This document shows, one piece after another, positions 20,076 to 29,911 of a stretch of 64,000 nt of DNA. A program made the translations under genes and the position numbers. Source of the stretch: Bryobacterales bacterium. Its GTDB lineage: Bacteria > Acidobacteriota > Terriglobia > Bryobacterales > UBA6623. Location: NCBI GenBank assembly GCA_963422375.2, contig OY729427.2, positions 1,472,001 through 1,536,000 on the forward strand, in the 5' to 3' direction. The notes beneath the pieces were generated by a model, which was not told where the DNA came from, did no database searches, and saw only the letters and a list, made by a program, of their open reading frames with translations. Each line of letters begins with the position of its first letter. Positions within the stretch are counted from its first letter, which is position 1.

Positions 20076-21260
20076 TCAGGCGGGCGCGGCCGCGCCCGCC
20101 CCGACCCGACGGAAGCCGAGTTCCTCGAGCAGCCCCGCGATGTCCTCGTCGGTAAGGCCCTTGCGCGTGTCGGCCAGCTTCGTGAATGCAGTGTACACCG
20201 CGCGAATTTCCTCCCGCCCGAGGTCCCCGTAGCCAAGGTCGGCCACGCGCTGGTGCAGCGCGTGGCGCCCGCTGTGCTTGCCCAGGATCAGCTGCGACGC
20301 CGGCACGCCGACCGACTGGGGCAGCATGATCTCGTAGGTCGAGCGGTGCTTGAGATAGCCGTCCTGGTGGATGCCGGCCTCGTGAGCGAACGCGTTGCGT
20401 CCGACGATCGCCTTGTTCGGCTGCGGCCCGAAGGCGATGCACTCGCTGAGCGTCCTGCTCGCGCGGCAGAGCTGCGTCGCGTCGATGCCGCAATGGAACG
20501 GCACGCGGTCCTGGCGCACCATCAGGATCGCCACGACCTCCTCGAGGGAGCAGTTGCCGGCGCGCTCGCCGATGCCGTTGAGCGCGCACTCGATCTGGCG
20601 CGCGCCCGCGTTCAGCGCGGCAATCGCGTTGGCCACGGCCAGCCCCAAGTCGTCGTGCGTGTGGACGCTCACCTCGGCCCGCCCCTCGAGCGCGTCCACC
20701 ACGCGGGCGACCCGCTCCGCGTAGTCGTCGGGCGTCATGAAGCCGACCGTGTCGGGGATGTTGACCACGGTGGCGCCGGCATCGACCGCCGCGACGCACA
20801 CCCGGCACAGGTAGTCCATCTCGGTACGGGTGGCGTCTTCGGCGGAGAACTCCACGTCGTCCACGAAACTCTTCGCCTGCCGGACGGCCGCCACGGCCTC
20901 GTCGAGGACCTGCTCCTGGGACTTGTTGAACTTGTAGCGCAGGTGGATCTCGCTGGTCGCGATGAAGCAGTGGATGCGCGGTCTCGGATGGCCGTCCAAG
21001 GAGGCGGCAGCGCGGTCTATGTCCACGGGCACGGCCCTGGCCAAGGCGGCCACGCACGATGCCCGGTGCTCCCGGCAGACGGCCCGCACCGCCTCGAAGT
21101 CCCCGTCGGAGGCGATCGGGAAGCCTGCCTCGATGACGTCGGCGCCTAGGTCGGCCAAGACCCGCGCGACGCGCAGCTTCTCGGCCGTCGTCATGCTGCA
21201 GCCCGGCGATTGCTCGCCGTCCCGCAGCGTGGTGTCGAAGATATGTACTCGGTCGGTCAT
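20076..21260 (-). CDS. leuA: 2-isopropylmalate synthase, short form without C-terminal regulatory domain
   Basis: IFDTTLRDGEQSPG, IEAGFP, NIPDTVG, HTHDDLG, NGIGERAGN, HEAGIHQDG and LGKHSGRH; 394 aa. Confidence 0.92.
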   Translation of the reverse strand: MTDRVHIFDTTLRDGEQSPGCSMTTAEKLRVARVLADLGADVIEAGFPIASDGDFEAVRAVCREHRASCVAALARAVPVDIDRAAASLDGHPRPRIHCFIATSEIHLRYKFNKSQEQVLDEAVAAVRQAKSFVDDVEFSAEDATRTEMDYLCRVCVAAVDAGATVVNIPDTVGFMTPDDYAERVARVVDALEGRAEVSVHTHDDLGLAVANAIAALNAGARQIECALNGIGERAGNCSLEEVVAILMVRQDRVPFHCGIDATQLCRASRTLSECIAFGPQPNKAIVGRNAFAHEAGIHQDGYLKHRSTYEIMLPQSVGVPASQLILGKHSGRHALHQRVADLGYGDLGREEIRAVYTAFTKLADTRKGLTDEDIAGLLEELGFRRVGAGAAAPA

Positions 21261-21310
21261 GTAGCCCGGTCCCCCGGAGCTCCCAATACCCAGTAGAACG
21301 CAGCCAGTCC

Positions 21311-21327
21311 AATAAGGCAAATTTATT
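21311..21327. promoter_or_regulatory. Putative LysR binding site (AATAA-N7-TTATT, T-N11-A type)
   Basis: Interrupted palindrome AATAAGGCAAATTTATT in the AT-rich divergent leuA/lysR gap. Confidence 0.65.
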
Positions 21328-21349
21328 CTTCTTGCGAATGGCATAAGAT

Positions 21350-22249
21350 ATGCAAATGGATCTGGCCCTCCTGCGTCTGTTCGAGACCGTGGCCGAGGAG
21401 GGCAGCTTCTCCCGCGCCGGGCAGCGCCTTTTCCGGTCGCAGCCGGCGATCTCCCTAGCGATGAAGAGGCTCGAGGAGGATCTCGGGCACCGGCTGATCG
21501 ATCGCAGCTCGCGCAGGCTGCACCTGACGGACGCGGGACGGACGGTGGCCGCCCACAGCAAGCAGCTGCTGGAACGCGAGCGCAAGCTGCGGGTCGCTCT
21601 CGAGGAGCTCCGCGACCTGCAGGCGGGCACGCTCGTGATCGGGGCCAACGAATCGACGGCGCTGTACCTGCTCGGTCACGTCGAGGCCTTCCGCCGGCGG
21701 CACGCGGGCATCCGGGTCGAGCTGCGGAGGAGCCTGTCGAGCCAGATTCCCGAGGCGGTGCTGGCCGGTTCCCTGGAGCTCGGCGCGATCAGCTACGACC
21801 CGGGCGATCCGCGGCTGAAGACCTACCGGCTGTACCGCGACCGGCTGACGTTCGTGGTGTCCCCCGAGCACCGCTTCGCGGCGCGCAAGCGGGTCGGGAT
21901 CGGCGAGCTCGGCGCGGAGATATTCATCGCCCACAACGTCGTCTCTCCGTACCGGGCTCGGGTGATCGAGGCGTTCCGGCAGCACCAGGTGCCGCTCAAC
22001 ATGGAAATCGAAATGCCGACCATCGAGACCATCCGGCGCCTCGTGCAGCGCAACCTCGGGGTCGCCTTCCTGCCGAAGATGTGCGTGGAGCAGCAGATCC
22101 GAGCCGACGCGCTGCGCGAGATCGAGGTCAGCGAACTCGTCCTGGAACGCACCGTGCGGCTAGCCTACCCAGCTCGCAGGTCGGTCTCCCACGCGTCGCG
22201 GGCCTTCCTGGAACTCGTCGGCGAGCAGCCGCCCCAGTCCCCGCCGTGA
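21350..22249 (+). CDS. LysR-family transcriptional regulator
   Basis: GSFSRAGQRLFRSQPAIS HTH and LTDAG; 299 aa; divergent from leuA. Confidence 0.95.
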   Translation: MQMDLALLRLFETVAEEGSFSRAGQRLFRSQPAISLAMKRLEEDLGHRLIDRSSRRLHLTDAGRTVAAHSKQLLERERKLRVALEELRDLQAGTLVIGANESTALYLLGHVEAFRRRHAGIRVELRRSLSSQIPEAVLAGSLELGAISYDPGDPRLKTYRLYRDRLTFVVSPEHRFAARKRVGIGELGAEIFIAHNVVSPYRARVIEAFRQHQVPLNMEIEMPTIETIRRLVQRNLGVAFLPKMCVEQQIRADALREIEVSELVLERTVRLAYPARRSVSHASRAFLELVGEQPPQSPP

Positions 22250-22296
22250 TAGGATTGGCGCCGGACGGCGCTCCGCCGGTCCCGGCCGCGCGCCAC

Positions 22297-23475
22297 GTGA
22301 AGGTCTGCTACCTAGACTGCTTCTCCGGGATCGCCGGGGACATGCTGCTCGGCGCTTTGGTCGATGCCGGCCTGGAGCTGGACACCCTGCGCTCGGAGGT
22401 AGCCAAGCTCGGCATCGAGGGCATCGAGATCGAGGCGGAGCGCGTGAAGCGGGGCGGCCTCTCGGCCGCCAAGATCCACGTCAAGGCGTCGCGGGACCAT
22501 GCGCACCGCTCGCTCTCCGCGATCGCGCGCATCATCGGGAAGTCCGACCTCGCCCCGGAGATCAAGGACGACTGCCTGAGAGTGTTCCGCCGGCTCGGCG
22601 AGGTCGAGGCCCGAGCCCACGGCATTCCCGTGGAGAGGGTCCACTTCCACGAAGTCGGCGCGCTGGACGCGATCGCGGACATCGTCGGCGCTTGCGCCGG
22701 CGTTCGCGCCCTGGGAATCGAGCGGATCCGCTGCTCGCCGATCAATCTCGGGAGCGGCACCGTGCAGGCGGCGCACGGCACCATGCCGGTCCCGGCGCCA
22801 GCGACAGCGAGGCTCGTGGAGGGAGTGCCGACCTACTCCGACGGGCCCGCCGTCGAGCTGACCACGCCCACGGGGGCGGCGCTGGCCGTGACGCTCAGCC
22901 GCGACTTCGGCCCCCCGCCGGCCATGCGGATCGGCGCGAGCGGGTACGGAGCGGGCAGCCGGGACCTGCCCGGGCGCGCCAACGTGCTGCGCGTGCTCGT
23001 CGGCGAAGACGGCCGGGCCGACGCCCCTCCCGAAGAGGTTTGGGTGCTCGAGGCGAACATCGACGACATGACGCCGGAAATGGCCGGCTACGCCGCCGAG
23101 CGCCTGCTGGAAGCCGGAGCGCTCGACGTGACGGTCGCGCCGGTCTACATGAAAAAGAACCGGCCCGGTTTCACGCTGTCGGTGCTGGCGGCCCCGAGCG
23201 ACCGCGAGGCGCTCGGCGCGCTCATGCTGTCCGAGACATCCACGATCGGGATTCGCGAGACACCGGCCCGACGAAGGACTCTGGAGCGCTCGTGGATCCC
23301 GGTGCGGACGCAGTACGGCACGGTGCGGGTCAAGGCGGCGGGGCCAGCGGGCCGCCCGTCCGGTTTCGCCCCGGAGTACGATGACTGCCGGAGACTCGCC
23401 CGCGAGCACGCCGTTCCCTTCAAGGCCGTGTGGGACCAGGCGCATCACGAGTACATGCGACGCGTCGGCTCGTAG
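22297..23475 (+). CDS. larC: Nickel-pincer cofactor nickel insertase LarC
   Basis: YLDCFSGIAGDMLLGAL, VHFHEVGALD, HGTMPVPAPAT, ELTTPTGAA, EANIDDM, MKKNRPG and PEYDDC. Start could be 22246. Confidence 0.92.
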   Translation: MKVCYLDCFSGIAGDMLLGALVDAGLELDTLRSEVAKLGIEGIEIEAERVKRGGLSAAKIHVKASRDHAHRSLSAIARIIGKSDLAPEIKDDCLRVFRRLGEVEARAHGIPVERVHFHEVGALDAIADIVGACAGVRALGIERIRCSPINLGSGTVQAAHGTMPVPAPATARLVEGVPTYSDGPAVELTTPTGAALAVTLSRDFGPPPAMRIGASGYGAGSRDLPGRANVLRVLVGEDGRADAPPEEVWVLEANIDDMTPEMAGYAAERLLEAGALDVTVAPVYMKKNRPGFTLSVLAAPSDREALGALMLSETSTIGIRETPARRRTLERSWIPVRTQYGTVRVKAAGPAGRPSGFAPEYDDCRRLAREHAVPFKAVWDQAHHEYMRRVGS

Positions 23476-23966
23476 CGTCGGCGCGCAGCACGCGCTCCGG
23501 GGGAAGCCGGGGCCTCCGGGGCGGAGCGCGATGGGAGACGTTCGCCCCTGCGCGCCGGCGCCGCGTCCGCGACGGACCACCGAGGGGGTCCTCAGAGCGG
23601 GCCGGGAGCGCCCGGGCAGATCGACCGACTCGCAGGCGGCCCCGGCGCGCGGCGATCGATACCGGAGTTTCCCCGCGAGCAGGGCGAGGGAGAGGCTCCA
23701 GAGCCTGGGCGGCGGGGGACGGGCGTCGCGCCGCACCGGGCGATGTCACGGATCGCGCCGACCAGCGTGGCGGTCGCGACGGCGGCCCGGAGACCGCCCG
23801 AGAGCGTGCGGCCGACCCCGGCGCGTAGCGAGGGGCCAGCGTGGCCGGTCCCGTCCGCACCCACCCCGCCAGGCCACGGACGGGCGGCGAAGGGCGCGCA
23901 GGCGGCCTCTCGACGGGGCGATTTTGGAGCGCCGGGCCCGTGCGAGACTAGGGAAAGCCGCGCCAG

Positions 23967-25922
23967 ATGCCCAAGTTCTACGTCACGACGCCGATCTATT
24001 ACGTCAACGCCGCCCCGCACATCGGGCATGCGTACACGACGATCGTGGCCGACACGATCAAGCGGATCCGTCGCATGCTCGGCGACGAGGCCTACCTCAC
24101 GACAGGCACCGACGAACACGGCCAGAAAGTGGAGAGATCGGCCCGCGAGGCCGGCCTGGAGCCCAAGGAATTCGCCGATCGCGTCTCGGGAGCCTTCCGG
24201 CGCGAGTGGGACGAGCTCGGGCTCGGCTACGACTACTTCCGGCGCACGAGCGACCCCCGCCACGCCCTGGCGGTGCGTCGTGTCTTCGAGCGCTGCATGG
24301 CGAACGGAGCCATCTACAAGGACTCGTACACGGGCAAGTACCACTTGGGAGACGAGGCGTTCGTCACGGACGAGGAGGCGGCGGCCGCGGATCAGGACAT
24401 GATCACGACGGTCACCGAGGAGAACTACTTCTTCCGCCTCTCCGCGTACCAGCAGCCGCTGATCGACCTCTACGAGTCGCAGCCGGAGTTCATCCAGCCC
24501 GACTCGCGCCGGAACGAAGTCCTGTCATTCGTGCGGAGCGGCCTCAAGGATCTCTCGATCAGCCGGTCCAGCCTGCGCTGGGGAATTCCCCTGCCGAACG
24601 ATCCCGGGCATGTCTTCTACGTCTGGTTCGACGCACTGACGACCTACATGAGCGCGCTCGGCTACGGAGAAGAGGCGGCCGCGGCGACCGACTGCGAGCG
24701 GCTCTGGCCAGCGGACGTGCATCTCGTGGGCAAGGAGATCGTCCGGTTCCACGCCGTGTACTGGCCCGCGTTCCTCATGGCGGCCCGCCTGCCCCTGCCG
24801 CGACAGGTCTGGGCGCACGGCTGGCTCATCTTCCAGGGCGGCAAGATGTCCAAGTCGAAGGGCAACATCGTCCGGGCGCTCCCCATCAAGGAGGTCGTCG
24901 GAACGGACGGTCTCCGCTACTACCTGCTGCGGGAGATCGTCTTCGGCCAGGACGGCAATTTCTCGCTCGAGGCCCTTGCCACGAGATACAACGCCGACCT
25001 AGCCAACGGGATCGGCAACCTGGCGAGCCGCACGGCGTCCATGCTCAAGCGGTACTGCGGGGGGACCGTCCCGGCATCCCGCGGCGGTGACGACGGCGGC
25101 CTGCCCGCCGTGGCCGCCGACTGCGTCGCGGCCGCGGTGGGCCACTACCGCCGGTTCGCTTTCTCGAAGGCCCTCGAATCGGCTTGGACGCTGCTTGCCG
25201 GAGCCGACAAGTACATCGTCGAGCACAAGCCCTGGGTCCTGGCCAAGTCCGGCGAAGACTCCGACCGGATCCAGCTCGAAGCCACGCTCTACAACACGTC
25301 CGAGGCGCTGCGCCTCGCCGCGGCCCTGGTGTCCCCGGTCATTCCGGCCGGGGCGGAAAGAATCTGGGCCCTGCTGGGCCAGGCGGGCCATGCGGCGGAC
25401 CAGCGGCTCGACCGACTCGAGTGGGGCGGGTTGCGGCCGGGCGCGGCGACAGGCCCGCCGGAAGGGGTGTACCCGCGGCTCGACGTCGGCAAGGCGGTCA
25501 AGCGAATGGAGGAACTCGAGCAGCGCGCCCTGGCGGAGCAGGCCGAGCTCATGGGCCGCGGCGGCACCGAGCAGCGGACCGCCGCCGCCACGCCCGCAAT
25601 CGAGATCGGCGACTTCGCCCGGGTTGACATGCGCGTGGGGCTGGTGCTGGCCGCCGAGCGCGTGAAGAAGTCCGGCAAGCTGCTGCAGCTCCGAGTGGAC
25701 ATCGGCGAGCCGGAACCGAGGACCATCCTCGCCGGCATCGCCGAAGCCTACGCGCCCGGCGAGCTCGTCAACCGGCGCGTGGCGGTGGTGGCCAACCTCA
25801 AGCCGCGCAAGATGATGGGACGCGTGTCCCAAGGCATGGTGGTGGCCGCCTCCCTGGACCGGGGCCGGCCCTTCCTCGCCGCGTTCAGCGACGAGACGCC
25901 GCTCGGCGCGCGACTCAGCTGA
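23967..25922 (+). CDS. metG: Methionine--tRNA ligase with C-terminal tRNA-binding domain
   Basis: FYVTTPIYYVN, HIGH, GTDEHGQK, YVWFDAL, KMSKS and NLKPRKMMG. Confidence 0.97.
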   Translation: MPKFYVTTPIYYVNAAPHIGHAYTTIVADTIKRIRRMLGDEAYLTTGTDEHGQKVERSAREAGLEPKEFADRVSGAFRREWDELGLGYDYFRRTSDPRHALAVRRVFERCMANGAIYKDSYTGKYHLGDEAFVTDEEAAAADQDMITTVTEENYFFRLSAYQQPLIDLYESQPEFIQPDSRRNEVLSFVRSGLKDLSISRSSLRWGIPLPNDPGHVFYVWFDALTTYMSALGYGEEAAAATDCERLWPADVHLVGKEIVRFHAVYWPAFLMAARLPLPRQVWAHGWLIFQGGKMSKSKGNIVRALPIKEVVGTDGLRYYLLREIVFGQDGNFSLEALATRYNADLANGIGNLASRTASMLKRYCGGTVPASRGGDDGGLPAVAADCVAAAVGHYRRFAFSKALESAWTLLAGADKYIVEHKPWVLAKSGEDSDRIQLEATLYNTSEALRLAAALVSPVIPAGAERIWALLGQAGHAADQRLDRLEWGGLRPGAATGPPEGVYPRLDVGKAVKRMEELEQRALAEQAELMGRGGTEQRTAAATPAIEIGDFARVDMRVGLVLAAERVKKSGKLLQLRVDIGEPEPRTILAGIAEAYAPGELVNRRVAVVANLKPRKMMGRVSQGMVVAASLDRGRPFLAAFSDETPLGARLS

Positions 25923-25945
25923 AGGACGGGCCCTCGAGGGCGCGC

Positions 25946-26770
25946 GTGCTGGTCGATTCGCACTGCCACCTGGACAGCCCGGCCTTCGACAGCGACCGGG
26001 ACGCGGTGATCGCCCGCGCCAGGGAAGCCGGAGTCGGTTTCATGCTGGCGATCGGAACCGGGGACGGCCCGCCGGACCTGGAGGCGGCGATCCGCGTCGC
26101 CGCGGGACACCCCGACCTCGGCGCCACCGTCGGCATCCACCCGCACGACGCGCGCAAGTTCGAGCCGGAGGTCGCGGTCCGAGTCGACGCGCTGTGCGCC
26201 CGGCCCGACGTGCTGGCCGTCGGCGAGATCGGCCTCGACTACCACTACGACAACTCGCCGCGCCGGATCCAGCAAGAGGCCTTCGTCCAGCAGATGGAGA
26301 TCGCCGCGGCAAGGCGCAAGCCGATCGCGATCCATACCCGCGACGCCTGGGCCGACACCTTGGACCTGGTCGGCCGGCACTGGGCCGGCAGCGGCATCGG
26401 CGGCATCATGCACTGCTTCACGGGCACGTCCGAGCAGGCGAGGCGCTGCCTGGACATGGGCATGCTGCTGTCGTTCTCCGGAGTGCTGACGTTCTCCCGG
26501 TCGGCCGACCTGCGGGCCACCGCGCGCGACGCGCCGCTGGACCGGCTGCTCGTGGAAACGGACGCGCCGTACCTGACTCCCGCGCCGCACCGGAGAATCC
26601 GGCGCAACGAGCCCCGGTTCGTAGTGGAGACGGCGAGGGTCCTCGCGGAAGCGAAGGGAGTCTCCGCCGCCGAGGTGGCGCGAGCCACCAGCGGGAATTT
26701 CCGCGCCCTGTTCGGCAGCGAGGCTCTGGGCCCGAGGTGGGCCGGTCAGGCGGGCAGCTCGGCCACGTAG
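25946..26770 (+). CDS. tatD: TatD-family deoxyribonuclease
   Basis: DSHCHL, GIHPH, GEIGLDY, IHTR, HCF, ETDAPYL and RNEP motifs. Confidence 0.95.
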   Translation: MLVDSHCHLDSPAFDSDRDAVIARAREAGVGFMLAIGTGDGPPDLEAAIRVAAGHPDLGATVGIHPHDARKFEPEVAVRVDALCARPDVLAVGEIGLDYHYDNSPRRIQQEAFVQQMEIAAARRKPIAIHTRDAWADTLDLVGRHWAGSGIGGIMHCFTGTSEQARRCLDMGMLLSFSGVLTFSRSADLRATARDAPLDRLLVETDAPYLTPAPHRRIRRNEPRFVVETARVLAEAKGVSAAEVARATSGNFRALFGSEALGPRWAGQAGSSAT

Positions 26771-27870
26771 ACCTGCGTGCAGCCGGATCGGTCGCTCGCG
26801 AAGACCGCCATCGTCTCGTCGCGCGAGAAGGACGGGTGCGGGTGCGTCCACTGGGGCCCGTACACCGTGTCCGCCGCCATCTCCATCCAGCTCAGCGACC
26901 GCCGCCGGTCGGCGGCCCTGCGCGCACGCTCCCAGTCCTCCGCGACCGCGTAGCGCGACAGCCGCCACTGCGAGCCCTGCGAGCTCGCGTCCGAGCTGCA
27001 CACCGGCGTGCGCTCCCCGGTCGCCACATCGACCAGCAGCAGGCCGATATCGGGATGGGCGGTGTCGCACAGGATCTTCGTGCCGGCCCTGTTCGGCGCG
27101 ATATGCCATGCGTTGAAGTCGCTGATCGCGAAGACCTCCCCCGTGCGCCACGCCAGTCGGCGCAAGGACCGCGGCCACACGCAGAAGGCCAGATCCTCGG
27201 TCTCGCCGAGAAACGTCTCGTGCACGATGAACTCGTCGTTGCCGTGCTCCAGCAGGCATTCCAGGCCCGAGCCGTCGCGTCGCACGCGATGCATCCTCGG
27301 AGCCGGATCCCCGGCGAATTCGATCCACTCGGGGTCGGCCGGATTGAACTGCGGATGGATGACGGTGCGGGGAAAAGGGATGAATGCCGTCTCGCCGCCG
27401 TCCGTCTCGCCCGCCAGCAAGCCCCAGCCGGCCGGCCGCCGGCAGGCAGCGACGAACCAGTCTCCCGCGGGGCTGAGGGAGCACTCGCCCAGCTGGCCGC
27501 CGCTGTCAGCGACCAGGCGTTCCTCGAGGGTGTCGCGGCGGAGCTGCCAGATCGCGCCGCCGCGCACGAAGTAGACCGAGCCGTCCCGCGCGATGACCGC
27601 CGAGAACGGATGGACCGGGGCCCCGCCGGTCAGCTGGCGGATCCCGCCGTCGGGAAAACCCGCCTCGAACAGCTGCGCCGAGCCGCTGCGGTAGCCGGTG
27701 AACAGGACGCGGTCCTGCGCCGGGGTGAAGGAGCACTGCAGGAAGTACGTCGGATGGCTGATCGAGGGATGGCCGGTCAGCCGCTGCACGGTCGCGCCCG
27801 TCCGGGAGTCCGTGAAGACCTCGCGCTCGGAGGGACCGCATGCGCCCTTGCCCCACTCGACCGCAGCCAT
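26746..27870 (-). CDS. Oligogalacturonate lyase-like (PL22) beta-propeller protein
   Basis: GKG...DSRTGATVQRLT..H.TYF N-terminus, HPQFNP, HE and HPHPSFS...FASDRSG resemble Ogl. Confidence 0.75.
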   Translation of the reverse strand: MAAVEWGKGACGPSEREVFTDSRTGATVQRLTGHPSISHPTYFLQCSFTPAQDRVLFTGYRSGSAQLFEAGFPDGGIRQLTGGAPVHPFSAVIARDGSVYFVRGGAIWQLRRDTLEERLVADSGGQLGECSLSPAGDWFVAACRRPAGWGLLAGETDGGETAFIPFPRTVIHPQFNPADPEWIEFAGDPAPRMHRVRRDGSGLECLLEHGNDEFIVHETFLGETEDLAFCVWPRSLRRLAWRTGEVFAISDFNAWHIAPNRAGTKILCDTAHPDIGLLLVDVATGERTPVCSSDASSQGSQWRLSRYAVAEDWERARRAADRRRSLSWMEMAADTVYGPQWTHPHPSFSRDETMAVFASDRSGCTQVYVAELPA

Positions 27871-28045
27871 CAGCCCGGCCCGTCTGACGAGGCTTCTCGC
27901 AGCGGTCGCGGGGTCGCGGGGTCGCCCGCCCGGAGTCGCGGCTCCCCGGCCGCTCGCACGGGGACCTTGGAAGTCCGCCCGGCAGGGGGGCCGTGCCGAC
28001 GGGTCGGCGGCCGCTCCGGGCCGACGGACCGCCGTGCCGGGAATC

Positions 28046-28294
28046 TCACGCGTCTCCCCGCTCGGGCCCCGCGGTCGCTTCCCGCAAGACTGCTCTCGCG
28101 TCGGCGGCGTGCGACTCGAGCACCTTCAGGAGCACGTTCCCGACCGGCTGCTGGATAACGTTCTCGCGAGCCACCCAGCACGGGATCCCGGCCGACTCTA
28201 GAAGCCGCTGGATCACCTCGGCCTCGAGGGTCGCCAAGTGGCTGCGCGAGGAGAACACGGTCTCCAGCCGCTCGTCGTCGGTGGTCGGCCGCAT
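28046..28294 (-). CDS. DUF2007-like small putative signal-transducing protein
   Basis: EAEVIQRLLESAGIP...V....A..ARAVL pattern; 82 aa. Confidence 0.7.
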   Translation of the reverse strand: MRPTTDDERLETVFSSRSHLATLEAEVIQRLLESAGIPCWVARENVIQQPVGNVLLKVLESHAADARAVLREATAGPERGDA

Positions 28295-28387
28295 CGAGCT
28301 GCGCGCAGTCTAGCAGACCTGCTCGCACGGCTGCCCCGGCCCGCGCTCGCTCGGGCGCGTGTGGAATACTGAGACCGCGGAAGCACG

Positions 28388-29215
28388 ATGACACGACGCA
28401 CCCGACTTGCCCTGCTCCTACCTCTCGCCGCGGCCGTCGCCGTCGCGGACGACAGCGCCGAGCGGCACCCGACCGGATACACGGACACCCCGTTCCTCCC
28501 CGGGGGGCGCTGGCGGGTACACGACGACGCCCGCCCCCGACCGCGGATCGTGGAACCGGGCACCGCCAGCACGCCGGAGCGGCCCGGCAAGCCGCCTTCG
28601 GACGCCGTGGTGCTGTTCGACGGCACGGATCTCTCGAACTGGGTCCAGCGGGCCCGGGGCGGCAAGCTCGTGGCGCCGGCGTGGACGGTCGAGAACGGCT
28701 ACATGGAGCTCGTGCCGGGCACCGGTAGCCACCTCACCAAGGAATCGTTCGGGGACGTCCAGCTGCACCTCGAGTGGGCCGCTCCGGCCGAGCCTCGGGG
28801 CGCGAGCCAAGCCCGCGGCAACAGCGGTGTCATGCTCATGGGGCTGTACGAAATCCAAGTCCTCGATTCCTACGACAACATCAGCTACGCCGACGGCCAG
28901 GCCGGAGCGATCTACGGCCAGTACCCGCCGCTAGTCAACGCGTCCCGCCAGCCCGGCGCCTGGCAGTCCTACGACATCGTGTTCGAAGCCCCGCGATTCG
29001 ACGGCGACAAGCTGGAGAAGCCGGCCTTCGTGACCGTATTCCATAACGGCGTGCTGCTGCACCACCGCAAGGAGATGATGGGGCCCATGCGGCACAGGAA
29101 ACCGAGCGAGTACTCGCCTCACGCCGCCGAGCTGCCCCTGCTGCTGCAGGCCCACGGCAACCCGGTCCGGTATCGCAACATCTGGGCCCGGAGGCTGGAC
29201 CTAGGCAATCCGTAA
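28388..29215 (+). CDS. DUF1080 domain secreted protein
   Basis: PPSDAVVLFDG, FGDVQLHLEW, RGNSGV, YEIQVLDSY, WQSYDI and LQAHGNPVRYRNIW. Confidence 0.9.
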   Translation: MTRRTRLALLLPLAAAVAVADDSAERHPTGYTDTPFLPGGRWRVHDDARPRPRIVEPGTASTPERPGKPPSDAVVLFDGTDLSNWVQRARGGKLVAPAWTVENGYMELVPGTGSHLTKESFGDVQLHLEWAAPAEPRGASQARGNSGVMLMGLYEIQVLDSYDNISYADGQAGAIYGQYPPLVNASRQPGAWQSYDIVFEAPRFDGDKLEKPAFVTVFHNGVLLHHRKEMMGPMRHRKPSEYSPHAAELPLLLQAHGNPVRYRNIWARRLDLGNP

Positions 29216-29911
29216 GGCCAGGAGGCCCAAGGGCAGGGCCGCGGCGAGCGCCAGATCGCGGAAGCGGGGCCGCGGGCGCGGCGGGCGCGGGAAGTCGCCG
29301 CGGAAGCCCCTCGCCTCCATGGCGCGGGCCACGCGCTCGGCCCGGTCCCAGCCGCGAACGAACACCGTCGACACCTGGTTCGCCCAGGCCCGCGTCCGAC
29401 CCGCGGCAACCCGGCCGCCCGTGCGGCAGTCGCGCGCCCGCGCCACCCGCCGCCACTCTCCGAGCAGCACCAGCAGGTAACGGTGCATCAGGTTCGCGGT
29501 CAGGGCGAGTCCGCGCGGGGCGCCGAGCCGACGCAGCGAATCCACCAGATCCTCGACGGCCGTGGTGGCCGCAAGCATCGAGAGCAGGAGCACCGCCGAG
29601 CAGGCCTTCCACGCGACGGCCAGCGCCACGCGCTGGCCGTCCGGCACGGCGGAGACCAGCGGAATCGCCGCCGCCATCGCGATGAACGGGGTCGCCGCCA
29701 GCAGTCGGCTGCCCACGTAGCGGCCCGGCACCCGCGCCAGCAGACCGACCGCGGCCAGAACGGCCAGAAGGGTCGGCTGGCGCCAGCCGATGCCTGCGGG
29801 AAACGTCGCGACCACCCCGACGGCGCAGAGCGCGGCGCAGAGCTTCAGGAGCGGGTCGGTCGCGGCCAGCGGGGAGTCCGGAGCCGCCGCCGCGCCCTCG
29901 AGGCCCGTCAT
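29201..29911 (-). CDS. cbiQ: ECF transporter transmembrane component T (CbiQ/NikQ)
   Basis: DP..KL start, TT...L..LR.LG.P, RYL and DRAERVARAMEARGF motifs. Confidence 0.85.
   Translation of the reverse strand: MTGLEGAAAAPDSPLAATDPLLKLCAALCAVGVVATFPAGIGWRQPTLLAVLAAVGLLARVPGRYVGSRLLAATPFIAMAAAIPLVSAVPDGQRVALAVAWKACSAVLLLSMLAATTAVEDLVDSLRRLGAPRGLALTANLMHRYLLVLLGEWRRVARARDCRTGGRVAAGRTRAWANQVSTVFVRGWDRAERVARAMEARGFRGDFPRPPRPRPRFRDLALAAALPLGLLALRIA

Noticed and set aside
23476..23966. SAM riboswitch, T-box or small gene upstream of metG
   Set aside because: No SAM-I or T-box consensus recognisable; ORFs there are Arg/Pro/Ala-rich shadow frames. An Rfam scan would settle it.
27871..28045. Structured RNA upstream of the Ogl-like gene
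   Set aside because: Only GC-rich hairpins and a short GGGTCGC repeat; no family consensus recognised.
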